Of a DNA stretch of 59,984 bases, positions 43,173 through 54,390 are shown piece after piece. Each line of letters opens with the position of its first letter. Position 1 is the first letter of the stretch. Origin of the DNA: Tortispora ganteri (taxonomy: Eukaryota); assembly GCA_003707115.1 (NCBI GenBank), contig PPNB01000036.1, positions 1 to 59,984 of the forward strand. Direction: 5' to 3'. The notes below the pieces were generated by a model that saw only the letters and a program-made list of their open reading frames with translations, was not told the DNA's origin and searched no databases. The position numbers were made by a program, and so were the translations under genes.

Positions 43173-45782
43173 CTAGTCAGAATTTAAATCGATCCCATCA
43201 AGACTTCTTAATCTTGGAGATGCAGTTAAAATCATTTTCACGTATTTGTTATACTGGTTCTTCTGTTCTAGCGACATGTCAGTCTTCGGCACAATCTTGT
43301 ATTGTTCTGACTGGTCAGTTCCATTCACTTTCAGACTTGTATAATATTCAAAAGTAACAGGGTTTAAACGTAAGTCGATTTGCCGTAACTCTTTAAGCGA
43401 AAGTAATACCTGTAGTAAGTGCTGGTGTGATACTATCTCATTGTTTATCAAAGAAACTTTTGCAAGTCTCCGTATAGAAATCAACGGGGTCAGATCTGAA
43501 ATTCGATTATGAGAAAGGTCCACTCTTCTCAAATTCGGAAATAACAACCCAAAATGCGTAGGCAATTTACCTAATTTGCATCCTGAGAGGTCCAAAACCT
43601 TTAGATTCAGATAAACATCACTGCTGTTCTCCCATGAAAGATCCAGCACATTATCCGAAAGATTCAACCGTTTTATATCTAAGCTTTTTGGAAACTGAAC
43701 AGCACTGTTTCCGTCATTTGGCCTTTGATTTGCTAAATTAAGAGTCTGCAAATGTCTCGCGGAATGTAAGCCCTCAATATTAGTAAGCATATTATAATCG
43801 GCATAAAGTGCGCGGAGTTGCGGCCAACCTTCAATATCTAGAGCCTTCAGATGATTTCCTGACAGTATGATTACTCGACAAGAAGTGCTAGAGGATTCAG
43901 TAGATGAGCTAATTTCTTCAAGCCTATTGTAGCTCAAATCAGCAAATGCCAGCCGAGGTAATGAGTTCATTCCTTCAATTGTGGCCACTTGATTATGAGA
44001 GACAATCAAAGATTCCAGGGAGAAAAGTTTGTTTCGAGTAAAATCAATGCTTGCCAAATGATTGCCTGAGGCACTTAACTTAATGAGTCCATCCAAATTA
44101 AGTATGTGATCTAAGGACTTTATATTGTTGTGGTTCACGTTCAACTCCCGGAGATGTACCAGCTGAGCTAAAGCAGAAAGGCTTTCAAGCTTGTTATGAG
44201 AAATATTTAATCGTTGAACATTGGCAAAAGCTGCAAACGATGTTCTATCAGAAAGGATATTATGTTCAGCATTTAAGTATCTGACGGATAATACTTCTCC
44301 CTTGTTTGTCTGTGTTCTCTTTAGCCCAAAATCAGGGTCAAAATATTCCATTTCGTTATTAGAGATATCCAGCTCTGCGACATTAGGGCATATCCTAGGT
44401 AAATCAGCAATGCTACTAAGCTTTTGTCCTGATATATTGAGTACTTCAAGATATCCCGGCTCTGAAAAGGGCGCTGCTGTAGATATCACACGAATCAGCT
44501 TTCGCTTACTCTCTGATCCAGATATATCCAGCAGACTAGCAGATGTGATATCTATATCATTTGTCGTCATTGAGCTAACTCTTGGACGCGTGTCCGCTCT
44601 TGAGGGTATCTTTACTAGGCCTTCTCGCTTGTTTCGTAATATTGGCGAGGCCTCTATTTGCTCAGTTGGAACGTGAGGTATATCCTGAAATAAGGAATCA
44701 GGTGTATGTAACGTCAAATTATCTTCAGAATCAAACTGTAAGGTGTTACTACGCGAAACATGTTTATGATTAGATTCGTTGAATGATTCCGATAAGCTAA
44801 CGGACAAGTCAGGAAAGGGGTCCTGAGGAGTGGAAGCTTCAGAGATGCTTATCCAACGCTTCTTTATAGAGTCATAAACCATATCACTTCGCTTCTCAAA
44901 TTGTTCGGCCTTATCTGTGTACCTTTCAGGGCTGATGTTGTATGGCTGTGTTGCTTTAGCAAAGACATGTTTTGAAGATAAATCATACTGATGATCGGAT
45001 GACTGCTCTGAAACAATATTTTCTAAGCCAAAGTTGTCAAATGCACTGTTGATATTACCGTCAATACAGGACTGGTTTGTAGTTTGATCAAGCGACAAGT
45101 CGTGATTGGTATCTCGAAGTCTCGAAACGACGGCTTCAGCATTGCGAAAGTACTCTTCAGTGGTAGGCACTGTGCCATACTGAGCTTTTTGTTGAATATT
45201 CGAGAGACTTCTCCTGAGTGATAAAGTAGTGCGGGTACCTGCTTTAGATTTTACAGGAAACACTTCGGAGATTTTCCCGCTTGGAGGAGCTGTAGAGCAA
45301 GAGCTTGTGGTGTTATGCTGGGGAATGTGATCAAGGACGCTCTTAGAGTCCTGTGGAGTTTGAGAATCGCTAAAAAACTCACTCGAAACGTTCAAATTGT
45401 CGATCAAATCGCGTCTAACTTCTTCATTGGATAAAAGGCCGGGATCAACAGCCTGAGAAGTTTCAACGTCAGAAGACAGTTTAAGCATTTTAAAGTTGGG
45501 TTGATCTGTGTGATTATTAATGTTGAGGGTAGACATGTTTAAGTCCAAATTATCTAAAGAATCGTTTAAATCTTGATCAAATAGCTTTTCAAGTGTAGTT
45601 CTAGAGAACATGTCTTTTGGTATGTGTTTTCCCCATACTGCGGAAGCCTTTCGATCAGGACTTACTTTGGTAGTAGATTCAGCATTGGGGACCAGGAACT
45701 TTGTCGTAGGAACTCTATTAATACTTTCCAAATCAGAATCTGGCCATTCTTCAGACAGCTCGCTATCTTGCCAGTGCGACAT
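43173..45782 (-). CDS. NUD1: SPB scaffold Nud1/Cdc11 (LRR)
   Basis: N-terminal W..SEEW and LEKLF motifs, disordered middle, multiple LRRs ending IDLRLNP..LRSLDG. Confidence 0.75.
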   Translation of the reverse strand: MSHWQDSELSEEWPDSDLESINRVPTTKFLVPNAESTTKVSPDRKASAVWGKHIPKDMFSRTTLEKLFDQDLNDSLDNLDLNMSTLNINNHTDQPNFKMLKLSSDVETSQAVDPGLLSNEEVRRDLIDNLNVSSEFFSDSQTPQDSKSVLDHIPQHNTTSSCSTAPPSGKISEVFPVKSKAGTRTTLSLRRSLSNIQQKAQYGTVPTTEEYFRNAEAVVSRLRDTNHDLSLDQTTNQSCIDGNINSAFDNFGLENIVSEQSSDHQYDLSSKHVFAKATQPYNISPERYTDKAEQFEKRSDMVYDSIKKRWISISEASTPQDPFPDLSVSLSESFNESNHKHVSRSNTLQFDSEDNLTLHTPDSLFQDIPHVPTEQIEASPILRNKREGLVKIPSRADTRPRVSSMTTNDIDITSASLLDISGSESKRKLIRVISTAAPFSEPGYLEVLNISGQKLSSIADLPRICPNVAELDISNNEMEYFDPDFGLKRTQTNKGEVLSVRYLNAEHNILSDRTSFAAFANVQRLNISHNKLESLSALAQLVHLRELNVNHNNIKSLDHILNLDGLIKLSASGNHLASIDFTRNKLFSLESLIVSHNQVATIEGMNSLPRLAFADLSYNRLEEISSSTESSSTSCRVIILSGNHLKALDIEGWPQLRALYADYNMLTNIEGLHSARHLQTLNLANQRPNDGNSAVQFPKSLDIKRLNLSDNVLDLSWENSSDVYLNLKVLDLSGCKLGKLPTHFGLLFPNLRRVDLSHNRISDLTPLISIRRLAKVSLINNEIVSHQHLLQVLLSLKELRQIDLRLNPVTFEYYTSLKVNGTDQSEQYKIVPKTDMSLEQKNQYNKYVKMILTASPRLRSLDGIDLNSD

Positions 45783-46368
45783 GGTAAAGGCGATACAAGT
45801 GAGCTTTCGTAAAACAATATATCGTTGCAAACGAAAGAAGCACCAGATTGGGAATTGAATGTAAACAATAGCAGAAGTGGGTAAGAAAGCGTAACCATAG
45901 TAACTATGCCCCTCCCTATATTGGATCGTCATTGAGAAAGCTCTGTGGCCTATATTGGAGATTATGCAGCACGATGGTACAAAAAAAAGCTGATCATATT
46001 TATTATTATCAGTGAATATTTAAGCCAATTTCGATCGTATGTCAACTGCATAATGCAGAAGCAGAGCGACATCGAACGCGATATTGCCGGTTGCCATAGA
46101 ATAGTCAGCAGGTATATACTGGGAGCAAGGAATAGATTATTATTGATTATGGAATGGCTGCTACAATTGGGGTCGGAAACGTCCAGGATGCGAAGAACGT
46201 CAGAAAACATGCAACAGTCCCATTGTACTGAGGTAACACGTTGAGCATGCCCACCAGTCACAATTAAACCAGGTATAACTCCTTAGTGGTCTCGATGAGA
46301 GCAGATATCGCTACCGTAGGACGCACTTTTTCAAGCGATCCGTCAACAAGGAGGCAACTTTAAAAAAT

Positions 46369-47254
46369 CTGGGGTAAAGGCAGAAGAGGGTATCAAAAGA
46401 ATAATGAGATATTAAATCGAAACTAGTCCCCGGTCGTGCAAGCGAGTTAACGCTAATTATACATATATCACATGGTTAACGGAGTTTGAGAGACCGATAG
46501 GAAAGTTCGATTTTCATACCGGCAGCTGTACGGAGCCATTCACCCAGCCAACGCCTATGTAGGGGTAGCAATTATGTGATTTCGCGTAGCCTGGCTGAAG
46601 AAGAGGTAAGTAAAGTGTGGGGGGAAGAGAAGCGCGAATCTAAATTAGATAGAACTAGATTCGAAACTAAAAATTTGATCGCAGCCAATCATGAATATTA
46701 TGGTAGTTTCTCCGGAAGTATAAAACTTGTTACCCGGTTGTATTGCGGGGTATCTTATTCAACATTTCTGATGCAAAGTGACGAGGAAGACTAGAGCGCG
46801 CAGAATCGAGCACCATAACGTTACAGAAGCAGGTAAGATACAGCTAAAAATATAACCATTAATCTGAGAATTCGGATTATCCCATTTGTGTTATGTGACC
46901 GCTACATAGATAGATGGTTGTCTATGAGGGTGGCAAGTGCGGTGCTGCATTGCGGTCGTAAGGAAAGTTAATTTTGTGTTAATCAGGTTTTTTTGCGAAC
47001 TATTCGATGTGAGATATCTTGCAAGTACCGCTTCTTTCTGCTTAAGAAAATGCTTATCATGGCAATTCAGGCTATCCTGATGATATTGGAATAACATAGC
47101 CAATTCCTATGCGAAACTGTATCGTCATAAGCAGTCTCGAAAACCGTTTCGAAATCTATCGAGTACCGCTTCCCCAAGAAAGTCAATTCAATAGAGTTTC
47201 CCATTCAAGGAGGGAACTGCCCCCACCCCACCCCTCAATTATTATATATATAAA
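46369..47254 (+). promoter_or_regulatory. ALD promoter: Mig1/CreA-type SYGGGG sites, Reb1 site, CCAAT, STRE and TATA box
   Basis: ctgggg 46369, gtgggg 46617, ttacccgg 46730, gcgggg 46745, ccccac x2 and cccct 47221-47235, TATATAAA 47247-47254. Confidence 0.5.
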
Positions 47255-47376
47255 GACCCCGAAATCTGCCGCCACTTGTACCTTCTTTCGATTCTTTCTC
47301 TGCTATTTTTTCAGCTGTTATTAGTCGAGAAGATCAGTTATTTTATTGCAACTATCAATTAAAGCGAAAAAAATCA

Positions 47377-48858
47377 ATGTCTTTATTCGAAACTCTTAAG
47401 TTCCCTAACGGTGTTGAGGTGAACCAACCTACCGGCCTTTTCATCAACAACGAGTTCGTTCCTTCTAAGGAGGGTGCTAAACTAGATGTTTTCAACCCTT
47501 CTACTGGAAAGAAACTCATCGAAGTTTATGAAGCTCGCGAAGCCGATATCGATGCCGCTGTCGATGCTGCCGAAGCTGCTTTCAACGGCGCCTGGTCCAA
47601 ATTTTCCGCTGGTGAGCGTGGAGCCTGCCTTTTAAAGCTTGCCGATCTCATGGAGAAGAACCTTATGGAACTCGCCTCCATCGAAACCGCTAACAATGGT
47701 AAGGCGATTGCTCTTGCAAAGGGTGATGTTGCGATGTCCGTACAAACTCTCCGTTACTACGCTGGATGGGCGGACAAAATTCACGGAAAAGTTATCGAAA
47801 CTGATAACAATGCCACTTTCAACTACACCAGACAAGAAGCTATCGGTGTCTGTGGCCAGATCATCCCGTGGAACTTCCCTCTCCTCATGTGGGCCTGGAA
47901 AATTGCTCCCGCTGTCTGCACTGGTAACACTGTTGTCATAAAGACCGCCGAGAACACACCTCTCTCTGCTTACTACACCTGCACCTTAATCGCTGAGGCC
48001 GGTTTCCCCGCTGGTGTCATCAATGTTGTCACTGGTTATGGTAAGACTGCTGGCGCTGCCATCGCTTCACATATGCGCATCCACAAAGTCGCCTTCACCG
48101 GTTCCACTCTTGTTGGCCGTGCCATAATGAAGGCCGCTGCTGCCTCTAACCTCAAGAAGGTTACTCTTGAGCTCGGTGGTAAGTCTCCTAACATTATCTT
48201 CGATGATGCCGACATTGACAAGGCTGTTGAATGGGTTAACTTCGGTATCTTCTTTAATGGTGGTGAAGTCTGCTGCGCTGGTTCCCGTGTCTACGTACAG
48301 GAAGGTATCTACGACAAGGTCGTCGAGGCTTTCAAGAAGCGTGCCATTATGAATAAAGTCGGTGATCCCTTCGATGAGAACACTTTCCAAGGTGCTCAAG
48401 TCTCTAAGCAACAGTTTGAACGCATTATGGGTTATGTTGAAGCCGGTAAGAAGGCTGGTGCTACTGTCGAAGTTGGAGGTAACCGTGTCGGCACCGAAGG
48501 TTGGTTTGTTGAGCCCACTATTTTCTCTAATGTCTCTGAGGATATGCAAATTGTCCGTGAAGAAATCTTCGGACCTGTCTGCACTATTGCCAAGTTCAAG
48601 GATGTCGATGATGTGGTTGCCAAGGCTAACAATACCACCTACGGTTTGGCAGCTGGTGTTCACACTTCTAACCTGAAGACTGCGCTCGAAGTTGCTCACC
48701 GTATTAGAGCTGGCTCTCTCTGGGTTAATCAGTACAACGCTCTTAACCACGCTCTTCCTTTCGGAGGTTACAACGAATCTGGCATTGGCCGTGAGCTCGG
48801 AAAAGAGGCTCTCCGCAACTACACTCAAATCAAAACCGTGTCAGTTAACCTCCAGTAG
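47377..48858 (+). CDS. Aldehyde dehydrogenase (ALDH1/2-type, no presequence)
   Basis: [43 protein letters not shown]; strong codon bias. Confidence 0.95.
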   Translation: MSLFETLKFPNGVEVNQPTGLFINNEFVPSKEGAKLDVFNPSTGKKLIEVYEAREADIDAAVDAAEAAFNGAWSKFSAGERGACLLKLADLMEKNLMELASIETANNGKAIALAKGDVAMSVQTLRYYAGWADKIHGKVIETDNNATFNYTRQEAIGVCGQIIPWNFPLLMWAWKIAPAVCTGNTVVIKTAENTPLSAYYTCTLIAEAGFPAGVINVVTGYGKTAGAAIASHMRIHKVAFTGSTLVGRAIMKAAAASNLKKVTLELGGKSPNIIFDDADIDKAVEWVNFGIFFNGGEVCCAGSRVYVQEGIYDKVVEAFKKRAIMNKVGDPFDENTFQGAQVSKQQFERIMGYVEAGKKAGATVEVGGNRVGTEGWFVEPTIFSNVSEDMQIVREEIFGPVCTIAKFKDVDDVVAKANNTTYGLAAGVHTSNLKTALEVAHRIRAGSLWVNQYNALNHALPFGGYNESGIGRELGKEALRNYTQIKTVSVNLQ

Positions 48859-49094
48859 ACCAGTTTGCACTTCAAAAACAGTGATAGTACTTTGAGTATA
48901 ATAAAATGTATTTTTGTCGTTCCAGATAGTGCAATACATGTACAAGCCGGACTATATTAGGCTGCTTTCACCGAGCGGTCTTTACCGGTATTCACCCCTG
49001 AACCCTAGAATTAATACAACTACACCACTTAAACACATCCTATCACCAGTAGCACTATTACTATATCACCGCATACCTTTTTTATTACAGAAAG

Positions 49095-52000
49095 ATGGGT
49101 ATTCCCAAGTTCTTTCGATGGATATCCGAAAGGTATCCCATGATATCAGCTGACGTATCGAAAAATCAGATTCCTGTATTTGATAATCTTTACTTGGATA
49201 TGAATGCTATTATTCATCAATGTTCTCATGGCTCGACCGCAGATGAAAACATTTCCGAAGACCAAATTTTCATTAATGTCTTTAACTACATAGAGCATTT
49301 ATTTGGGATAATAAAACCACAAAAAGTATTTTTCATGGCAATCGATGGTGTTGCACCTAGAGCAAAACTTGAGCAGCAGAGAAAGAGACGCTTTCGAACT
49401 GCAAAGGAGGCTGAAGAAACTAAGCTGAAAGCCATTGAAAAAGGCGAACACGTCAATGAAAACAAATTTGACTCAAATGCGATTACTCCAGGTACCCCAT
49501 TCATGGAGAAGCTATCTTCGATGCTGAAGTATTTTGTTAACAAGAAAATATCTGAGGATTCTCACTGGCAGCAGTGCCGAGTCATTCTATCAGGACATGA
49601 AGTGCCAGGAGAAGGTGAACATAAAATTATGGAATTCATTAGATTTGAACGTGCCCAGAAGTGTTATGATGCGAATATTCGTCACTGTCTTTATGGTCTC
49701 GATGCTGATCTAATTATGTTGGGCCTGCTAAGCCATGACCCTCATTTCTCCTTACTTCGCGAAGAAGTCACGTTTGGTCCTTCTAGGAGCAATTCTACTG
49801 AGCTAGAAGATCAAAAATTCTACTTGCTACATTTATCATTAGTGCGCGAATATCTTGAACTGGAATTTAAGGCCTTGGATGTCGCTATACCATTTGATTA
49901 CTCTTTTGAACGCATATTGGATGACTTTATCTTTATGTGCTTTTTTGTTGGGAATGATTTCTTACCTCAGTTGCCAAATTTTAACATAAATGACTCCGCC
50001 ATTGCTGTCATGTTTAACATCTATTCAAAAGCTCTTCCTCAATGCTCTGATTATCTGACCAAGGCTGGTGTCATCAACTTGGATTCTCTCAAAATATTCT
50101 TGGAGCACCTCGAACTTGTGGAATATAATCTATTTGACACTTCCGATGGTATTGATTTGGATCTCTATAACTCACAGCTTGATGCAGGTCTTATTAGAGG
50201 GATCCCAAAATCTCGAAGTAGTTTTGCTCTATCTGAAAAACAGCGCTCCATCTTGGATAGTGTTAAAACTTATTATAATGACACTTTGGAGGGCAAATTA
50301 TCTTTATCCAATACGGCGTTACTCCCTTTAAGTGGATTATCCGCTGCAGATCGAGAGTTTGTTAAAAAACTAGCCGAGCCTCTTGGCCTGTGTTTAGTAT
50401 CTGACAATGCGACCGAATCTCATTTGGAGATCAATATGGACCTTCTGACTGATGATTCTGATCAAGAAGATGTGGATGAAGATATCAGATTTCTTAAGGC
50501 CAAGAAGCTTTTCAAGAAATATGAAAATTTACCTGTATTGTCTTCTGAAACTGCCGCCGAAGAAAGGGCGGATACCCTCTACCGCGAGAAATTTGACAAA
50601 TGGAAAGATAATTACTATCGCGAAAAGCTTGGTTTCTCTATACATGATGAAGCAAAAATGAAGGCTATGGCTGAAAACTACGTGCGAGGTTTACAGTGGG
50701 TGTTATTCTACTATTATCGCGGATGCCAATCATGGAGTTGGTTTTATTCCTACCATTATGGTCCAAAGATTAGCGACATCAAACTTGGACTTTCTGCCAA
50801 TATGAACTTTGAGCTTGGCTCTCCTTTCCGACCATTTGAACAACTCATGGCGGTATTGCCTTCTCGGTCCAAGAAACTTGTTCCTGCTGTGTACTGGCCT
50901 CTTATGGAGGATCCTAACTCTCCTATAATTGATTATTATCCCTTGGATTTTGAGTTAGACATGAATGGTAAGAAAGCAGAATGGGAAGCTGTTGTGAAAC
51001 TACCATTCATTGATGAGAACCGTTTGCTTTCAGCTGTAGCAGCATTTGATGACAAACTCACCGAAGCTGAGAAAATCAGAAACTCTATTGGCTATCCAGT
51101 AGTTGCTTGGTATGATCCTACCATAAATTCTGTCTTTCCTTCTCCTTACATAGAGTTTTTTGACGATATTTTACAATCTCATTGTGTCATGGACGAGTAT
51201 GTTCTCCCTGCGGTTAACGGGGATTTTGTGACCGGTTTATTGAATGGAGTTGGGCTTGGAGTCCACATGATGGCAGGATTCCCATCTTTATCAACGTTAC
51301 CATACTCTAGCCATTTACTGAAGGCAGGTGTACGTGTATTTCAACAAGATTCAAGAAACGAATCTATGATTCTTACTATTTCTAATAAATGGAGAGGGAA
51401 GTCGCTCGATAAAATTGCTCTTCAACTTCTTGGTACTTCTGTCTATGTGGATTGGCCGTATTTGAAGGAAGCAAAAGTTACGGCTTTGTCTTCTAATCAC
51501 ACTTTATTGCACCTTGCTAACACCAAGCTCTCAGAGAAACAATTGGCCCCTGCGACTTTTGCAAAATTGAGTCAATATTTGCAGATGTACAAGCAACTGT
51601 ATAAGAAGAATAGGGGTGTTGAAATTGGGGCTCCGGATATCTGTGTTCATGTTGAAATGCTGGAGGGTTTGGAACAAAATGACGACGGCTCTCTCCGAAA
51701 AAAATGGAAATCTGTGGAAGGACTTCAGAGTGTCTTCCCTTTGCAATTAGTAGTAACAGAAGTTATTAACGAAGACCCTAGGAACCAAGAACGTGCTCCT
51801 CTTTCTTTAGAAGATGAATTCAAGATTGGTTCTGAATATATATTTTTGGGCGATTTCGCCTATGGTGCTAAAGCACATGTAAAGGAGCTTGTCGAAGGAA
51901 AACTGTCTATCCTTATCGACAATGTTTCTGGAAAACATCTGGATTTCGGTCACAACGTTGCCTATGAGAATATGAATAAAGTGCGCTATTATCCTTCGTA

Positions 52001-53513
52001 TGAAGTGGCAAAACTATTGCGAATTTCGGGCCTTGCTTTAAGTCGTATCACTTCTCACCTTGGCGTGGATATTGATGGTCGTAAAGTATCCATTGGCCTA
52101 GATATGAAGTTTGAAGCTAAGAAAAGAAAGCTTATAGGGTATACGCGCCGCACTGATACAATGTGGCTATACAGTGGTAAAGCAGTAACTGTGCTTAAAG
52201 AATACATGAACAATTTTCCGAAACTCTTTGCAGCGTTTCAGGCTGACCCCAAACGTGAGTCATTTCAGTCGTCTGAACTATTTCCCGGTAAACCAGAAGA
52301 AGGGTTGATCAAACTCAGACAGTGGTTAAAATCTCAGGAATGTCGACAGTTAGAAAGTGTTCCTCTTACTTCAGAACAAATGGAAGAGCCATTTGTCAAA
52401 AAACTTGAAACTCAAATCTCCAACGCTCTAAAGGTTGAACAAGCGCACACTGAAACTATTGTAAGAGGAGTTCCTCGTACTGCGTTACTCAGGCCCGATG
52501 ATGCAATCTATAGGCTTCGTATTCAGACATTCTCTTTAGGAGATCGAGTTGAGTGTGCTGTCAATTTCGGTAAAGTTCCGCAATTTGCTAAAGGTACGGT
52601 GGTCGGTATTAATCAAAGCTCAGGAGAAACCACATTGGATATTCTTTTTGATGAAGTACTTATAAATGGCACTCACTTAAATGGAAGGTGCACTGATACA
52701 CGAGGAATGACTTTACCGCTCAATCATTTGCTTAATATTTCCTCTAAACAACTTGTTTATCGGGAGTCGTCCCGTTCTAAGCAATCCTCTATAAAGAATG
52801 GATCCTCGGTCAAACGTTCAGATTCATCAAAATCCAAGTCATTCTATTCAAGAGAGCCTACAAATTCTGCTCTACCTGCCTCAGAGAAAACGCCTACGTC
52901 GCGTATTGCCAATCTAAAGGTTGCTCAGGCCTCTATCCCCGGTGGTGCATCGGTGCAGCAGATGCCAAACATTGGTCAACGGAAGACCATTAACAATAAT
53001 GCGAGCGCATTACTCAAAGTTCTTGGTCAGCCTTCAGCCTCTAAAAATGCTAAAATAGAGAACAGTGAGTTACCTGCTGTTCCTACAGCGGCAGCCGCTT
53101 CCGGCTTAGGAAATGATGCAGTTGCTTCTCAAACTATTCAAGGTCTATTAGGAATTACCGCCCCTCCTCCTACTATTTCTCCTGCTTCTTCTTCGGAAAT
53201 GATGGCATCTGTTAAGTCCCAGATGACTGACCGTGCTTCAGCACCTATAGATATTGATAACGACTTAGCCTCGAGAATGCTTCTAGCGGCCATAAAGGGA
53301 ACCGACTCCAAGAGCGGTGTTGGCAATACATCTCAGGGTGATTCTTCATATCTGCAAAGCAATCGCTCTGGCCATGATGAATATGGTAACCGTGGCACTC
53401 GTGGTGGTCGTGGCACTCGTGGTGGTCGTGGTATTCGTGGTGGTCGTGGCACTCGTGGTGGTCGTGGTACTCGTGGCGGATCCAGAGGAAATCACACAGA
53501 CGAAAAAATATGA
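49095..53513 (+). CDS. XRN1: 5'-3' exoribonuclease 1
   Basis: MGIPKFFRWISERYP, DNLYLDMN, DGVAPRAK, PGEGEHKI, YGLDADL; 1472 aa with Xrn1 C-terminal domains. Confidence 0.97.
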   Translation: MGIPKFFRWISERYPMISADVSKNQIPVFDNLYLDMNAIIHQCSHGSTADENISEDQIFINVFNYIEHLFGIIKPQKVFFMAIDGVAPRAKLEQQRKRRFRTAKEAEETKLKAIEKGEHVNENKFDSNAITPGTPFMEKLSSMLKYFVNKKISEDSHWQQCRVILSGHEVPGEGEHKIMEFIRFERAQKCYDANIRHCLYGLDADLIMLGLLSHDPHFSLLREEVTFGPSRSNSTELEDQKFYLLHLSLVREYLELEFKALDVAIPFDYSFERILDDFIFMCFFVGNDFLPQLPNFNINDSAIAVMFNIYSKALPQCSDYLTKAGVINLDSLKIFLEHLELVEYNLFDTSDGIDLDLYNSQLDAGLIRGIPKSRSSFALSEKQRSILDSVKTYYNDTLEGKLSLSNTALLPLSGLSAADREFVKKLAEPLGLCLVSDNATESHLEINMDLLTDDSDQEDVDEDIRFLKAKKLFKKYENLPVLSSETAAEERADTLYREKFDKWKDNYYREKLGFSIHDEAKMKAMAENYVRGLQWVLFYYYRGCQSWSWFYSYHYGPKISDIKLGLSANMNFELGSPFRPFEQLMAVLPSRSKKLVPAVYWPLMEDPNSPIIDYYPLDFELDMNGKKAEWEAVVKLPFIDENRLLSAVAAFDDKLTEAEKIRNSIGYPVVAWYDPTINSVFPSPYIEFFDDILQSHCVMDEYVLPAVNGDFVTGLLNGVGLGVHMMAGFPSLSTLPYSSHLLKAGVRVFQQDSRNESMILTISNKWRGKSLDKIALQLLGTSVYVDWPYLKEAKVTALSSNHTLLHLANTKLSEKQLAPATFAKLSQYLQMYKQLYKKNRGVEIGAPDICVHVEMLEGLEQNDDGSLRKKWKSVEGLQSVFPLQLVVTEVINEDPRNQERAPLSLEDEFKIGSEYIFLGDFAYGAKAHVKELVEGKLSILIDNVSGKHLDFGHNVAYENMNKVRYYPSYEVAKLLRISGLALSRITSHLGVDIDGRKVSIGLDMKFEAKKRKLIGYTRRTDTMWLYSGKAVTVLKEYMNNFPKLFAAFQADPKRESFQSSELFPGKPEEGLIKLRQWLKSQECRQLESVPLTSEQMEEPFVKKLETQISNALKVEQAHTETIVRGVPRTALLRPDDAIYRLRIQTFSLGDRVECAVNFGKVPQFAKGTVVGINQSSGETTLDILFDEVLINGTHLNGRCTDTRGMTLPLNHLLNISSKQLVYRESSRSKQSSIKNGSSVKRSDSSKSKSFYSREPTNSALPASEKTPTSRIANLKVAQASIPGGASVQQMPNIGQRKTINNNASALLKVLGQPSASKNAKIENSELPAVPTAAAASGLGNDAVASQTIQGLLGITAPPPTISPASSSEMMASVKSQMTDRASAPIDIDNDLASRMLLAAIKGTDSKSGVGNTSQGDSSYLQSNRSGHDEYGNRGTRGGRGTRGGRGIRGGRGTRGGRGTRGGSRGNHTDEKI
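53391..53480 (+). repeat. Five 18-bp tandem units CGTGGYAYTCGTGGTGGT encoding RG(T/I)RGG
   Basis: Units start at 53391, 53409, 53427, 53445 and 53463. Confidence 0.92.
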
Positions 53514-53586
53514 GTTTCGCACCTACACTAATTGTACCAATACAATTTACATCACTAAAATTACATAAAAAATCATTATTAACCCA

Positions 53587-54120
53587 TTAGCCTGATAATT
53601 GAACAGTTCCAGTGGTATCAACCTTATCCCACAGCAAAAAGCCAGTGTACGGTTGAATGCTCCAGCCGAGTGATAGATGAGCAGAGCGATTTTCAAATGA
53701 AGGGTATATGTCGTAGAATTCATATTTTCCTCTTGCATTCTTCAGACTGATTACCGCCTCATCTGCAGATTTGACAATTTTGTCCCAGAACACAACACTA
53801 TTCTCGATATCGTCGCGCTTTCCTCCGTAGGAAGCAACTGCATACACAAACACCTGTTTTGTATTCCAATTAAACAACGGAGCAATATTAGCATCAAGAT
53901 CAAACCTCAGTTTTGCATGTTCATGAGACTTTTTCATCGCAGATATGGGGCGCTTCAATGAAATTGATGCAGTTGCAGCTATTTGGGCAGTGACACTTTC
54001 GAATGCATGAGTTGCATATAATTGTGCAATAGATGCTACTGATATCGTCAACGCCAATACAAGCCCCACAGTAGTCCAATGACCTAAATATCCTTGTGCC
54101 CGCTGGTACGTGGAAAACAT
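53587..54120 (-). CDS. SPC3: Signal peptidase complex subunit Spc3
   Basis: FDLDANIAPLFNWNTKQVFVY, VVFWDKIV, WSIQPYTG. Confidence 0.93.
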   Translation of the reverse strand: MFSTYQRAQGYLGHWTTVGLVLALTISVASIAQLYATHAFESVTAQIAATASISLKRPISAMKKSHEHAKLRFDLDANIAPLFNWNTKQVFVYAVASYGGKRDDIENSVVFWDKIVKSADEAVISLKNARGKYEFYDIYPSFENRSAHLSLGWSIQPYTGFLLWDKVDTTGTVQLSG

Positions 54121-54221
54121 AGGATTATAGAGATTTATAGCTTTTTATTAAAAGTAGTAAGAGAAACTTGTGCGATCAAGTAAATACACCACAATAAGAA
54201 TAAAAGGGTGTAGAACATTTG

Positions 54222-54298
54222 AGGGTTTAGGGTTTGTATATTAGAGAAGGCGTACTATATAGGGTTACAAAGTTTGTCCTAGCAACATAAAAGGGTTT
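54222..54298 (+). promoter_or_regulatory. AGGGTT telobox/Tbf1-like cluster upstream of RPS4
   Basis: agggtttagggttt 54222-54235, tagggtta 54260-54267, aagggttt 54291-54298. Confidence 0.55.
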
Positions 54299-54390
54299 GA
54301 GTTATCGTGACTGTGTAGTTTTATCACTCAAGTCGCAAAGAAATATCCCAATCAAAGTCAGACCTACGCACTGCTACTACACATTACAAT

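Noticed and set aside
45945..46261. Pair of opposing 99-aa ORFs
   Set aside because: Non-ATG starts, no family motifs, located in the NUD1/ALD promoter
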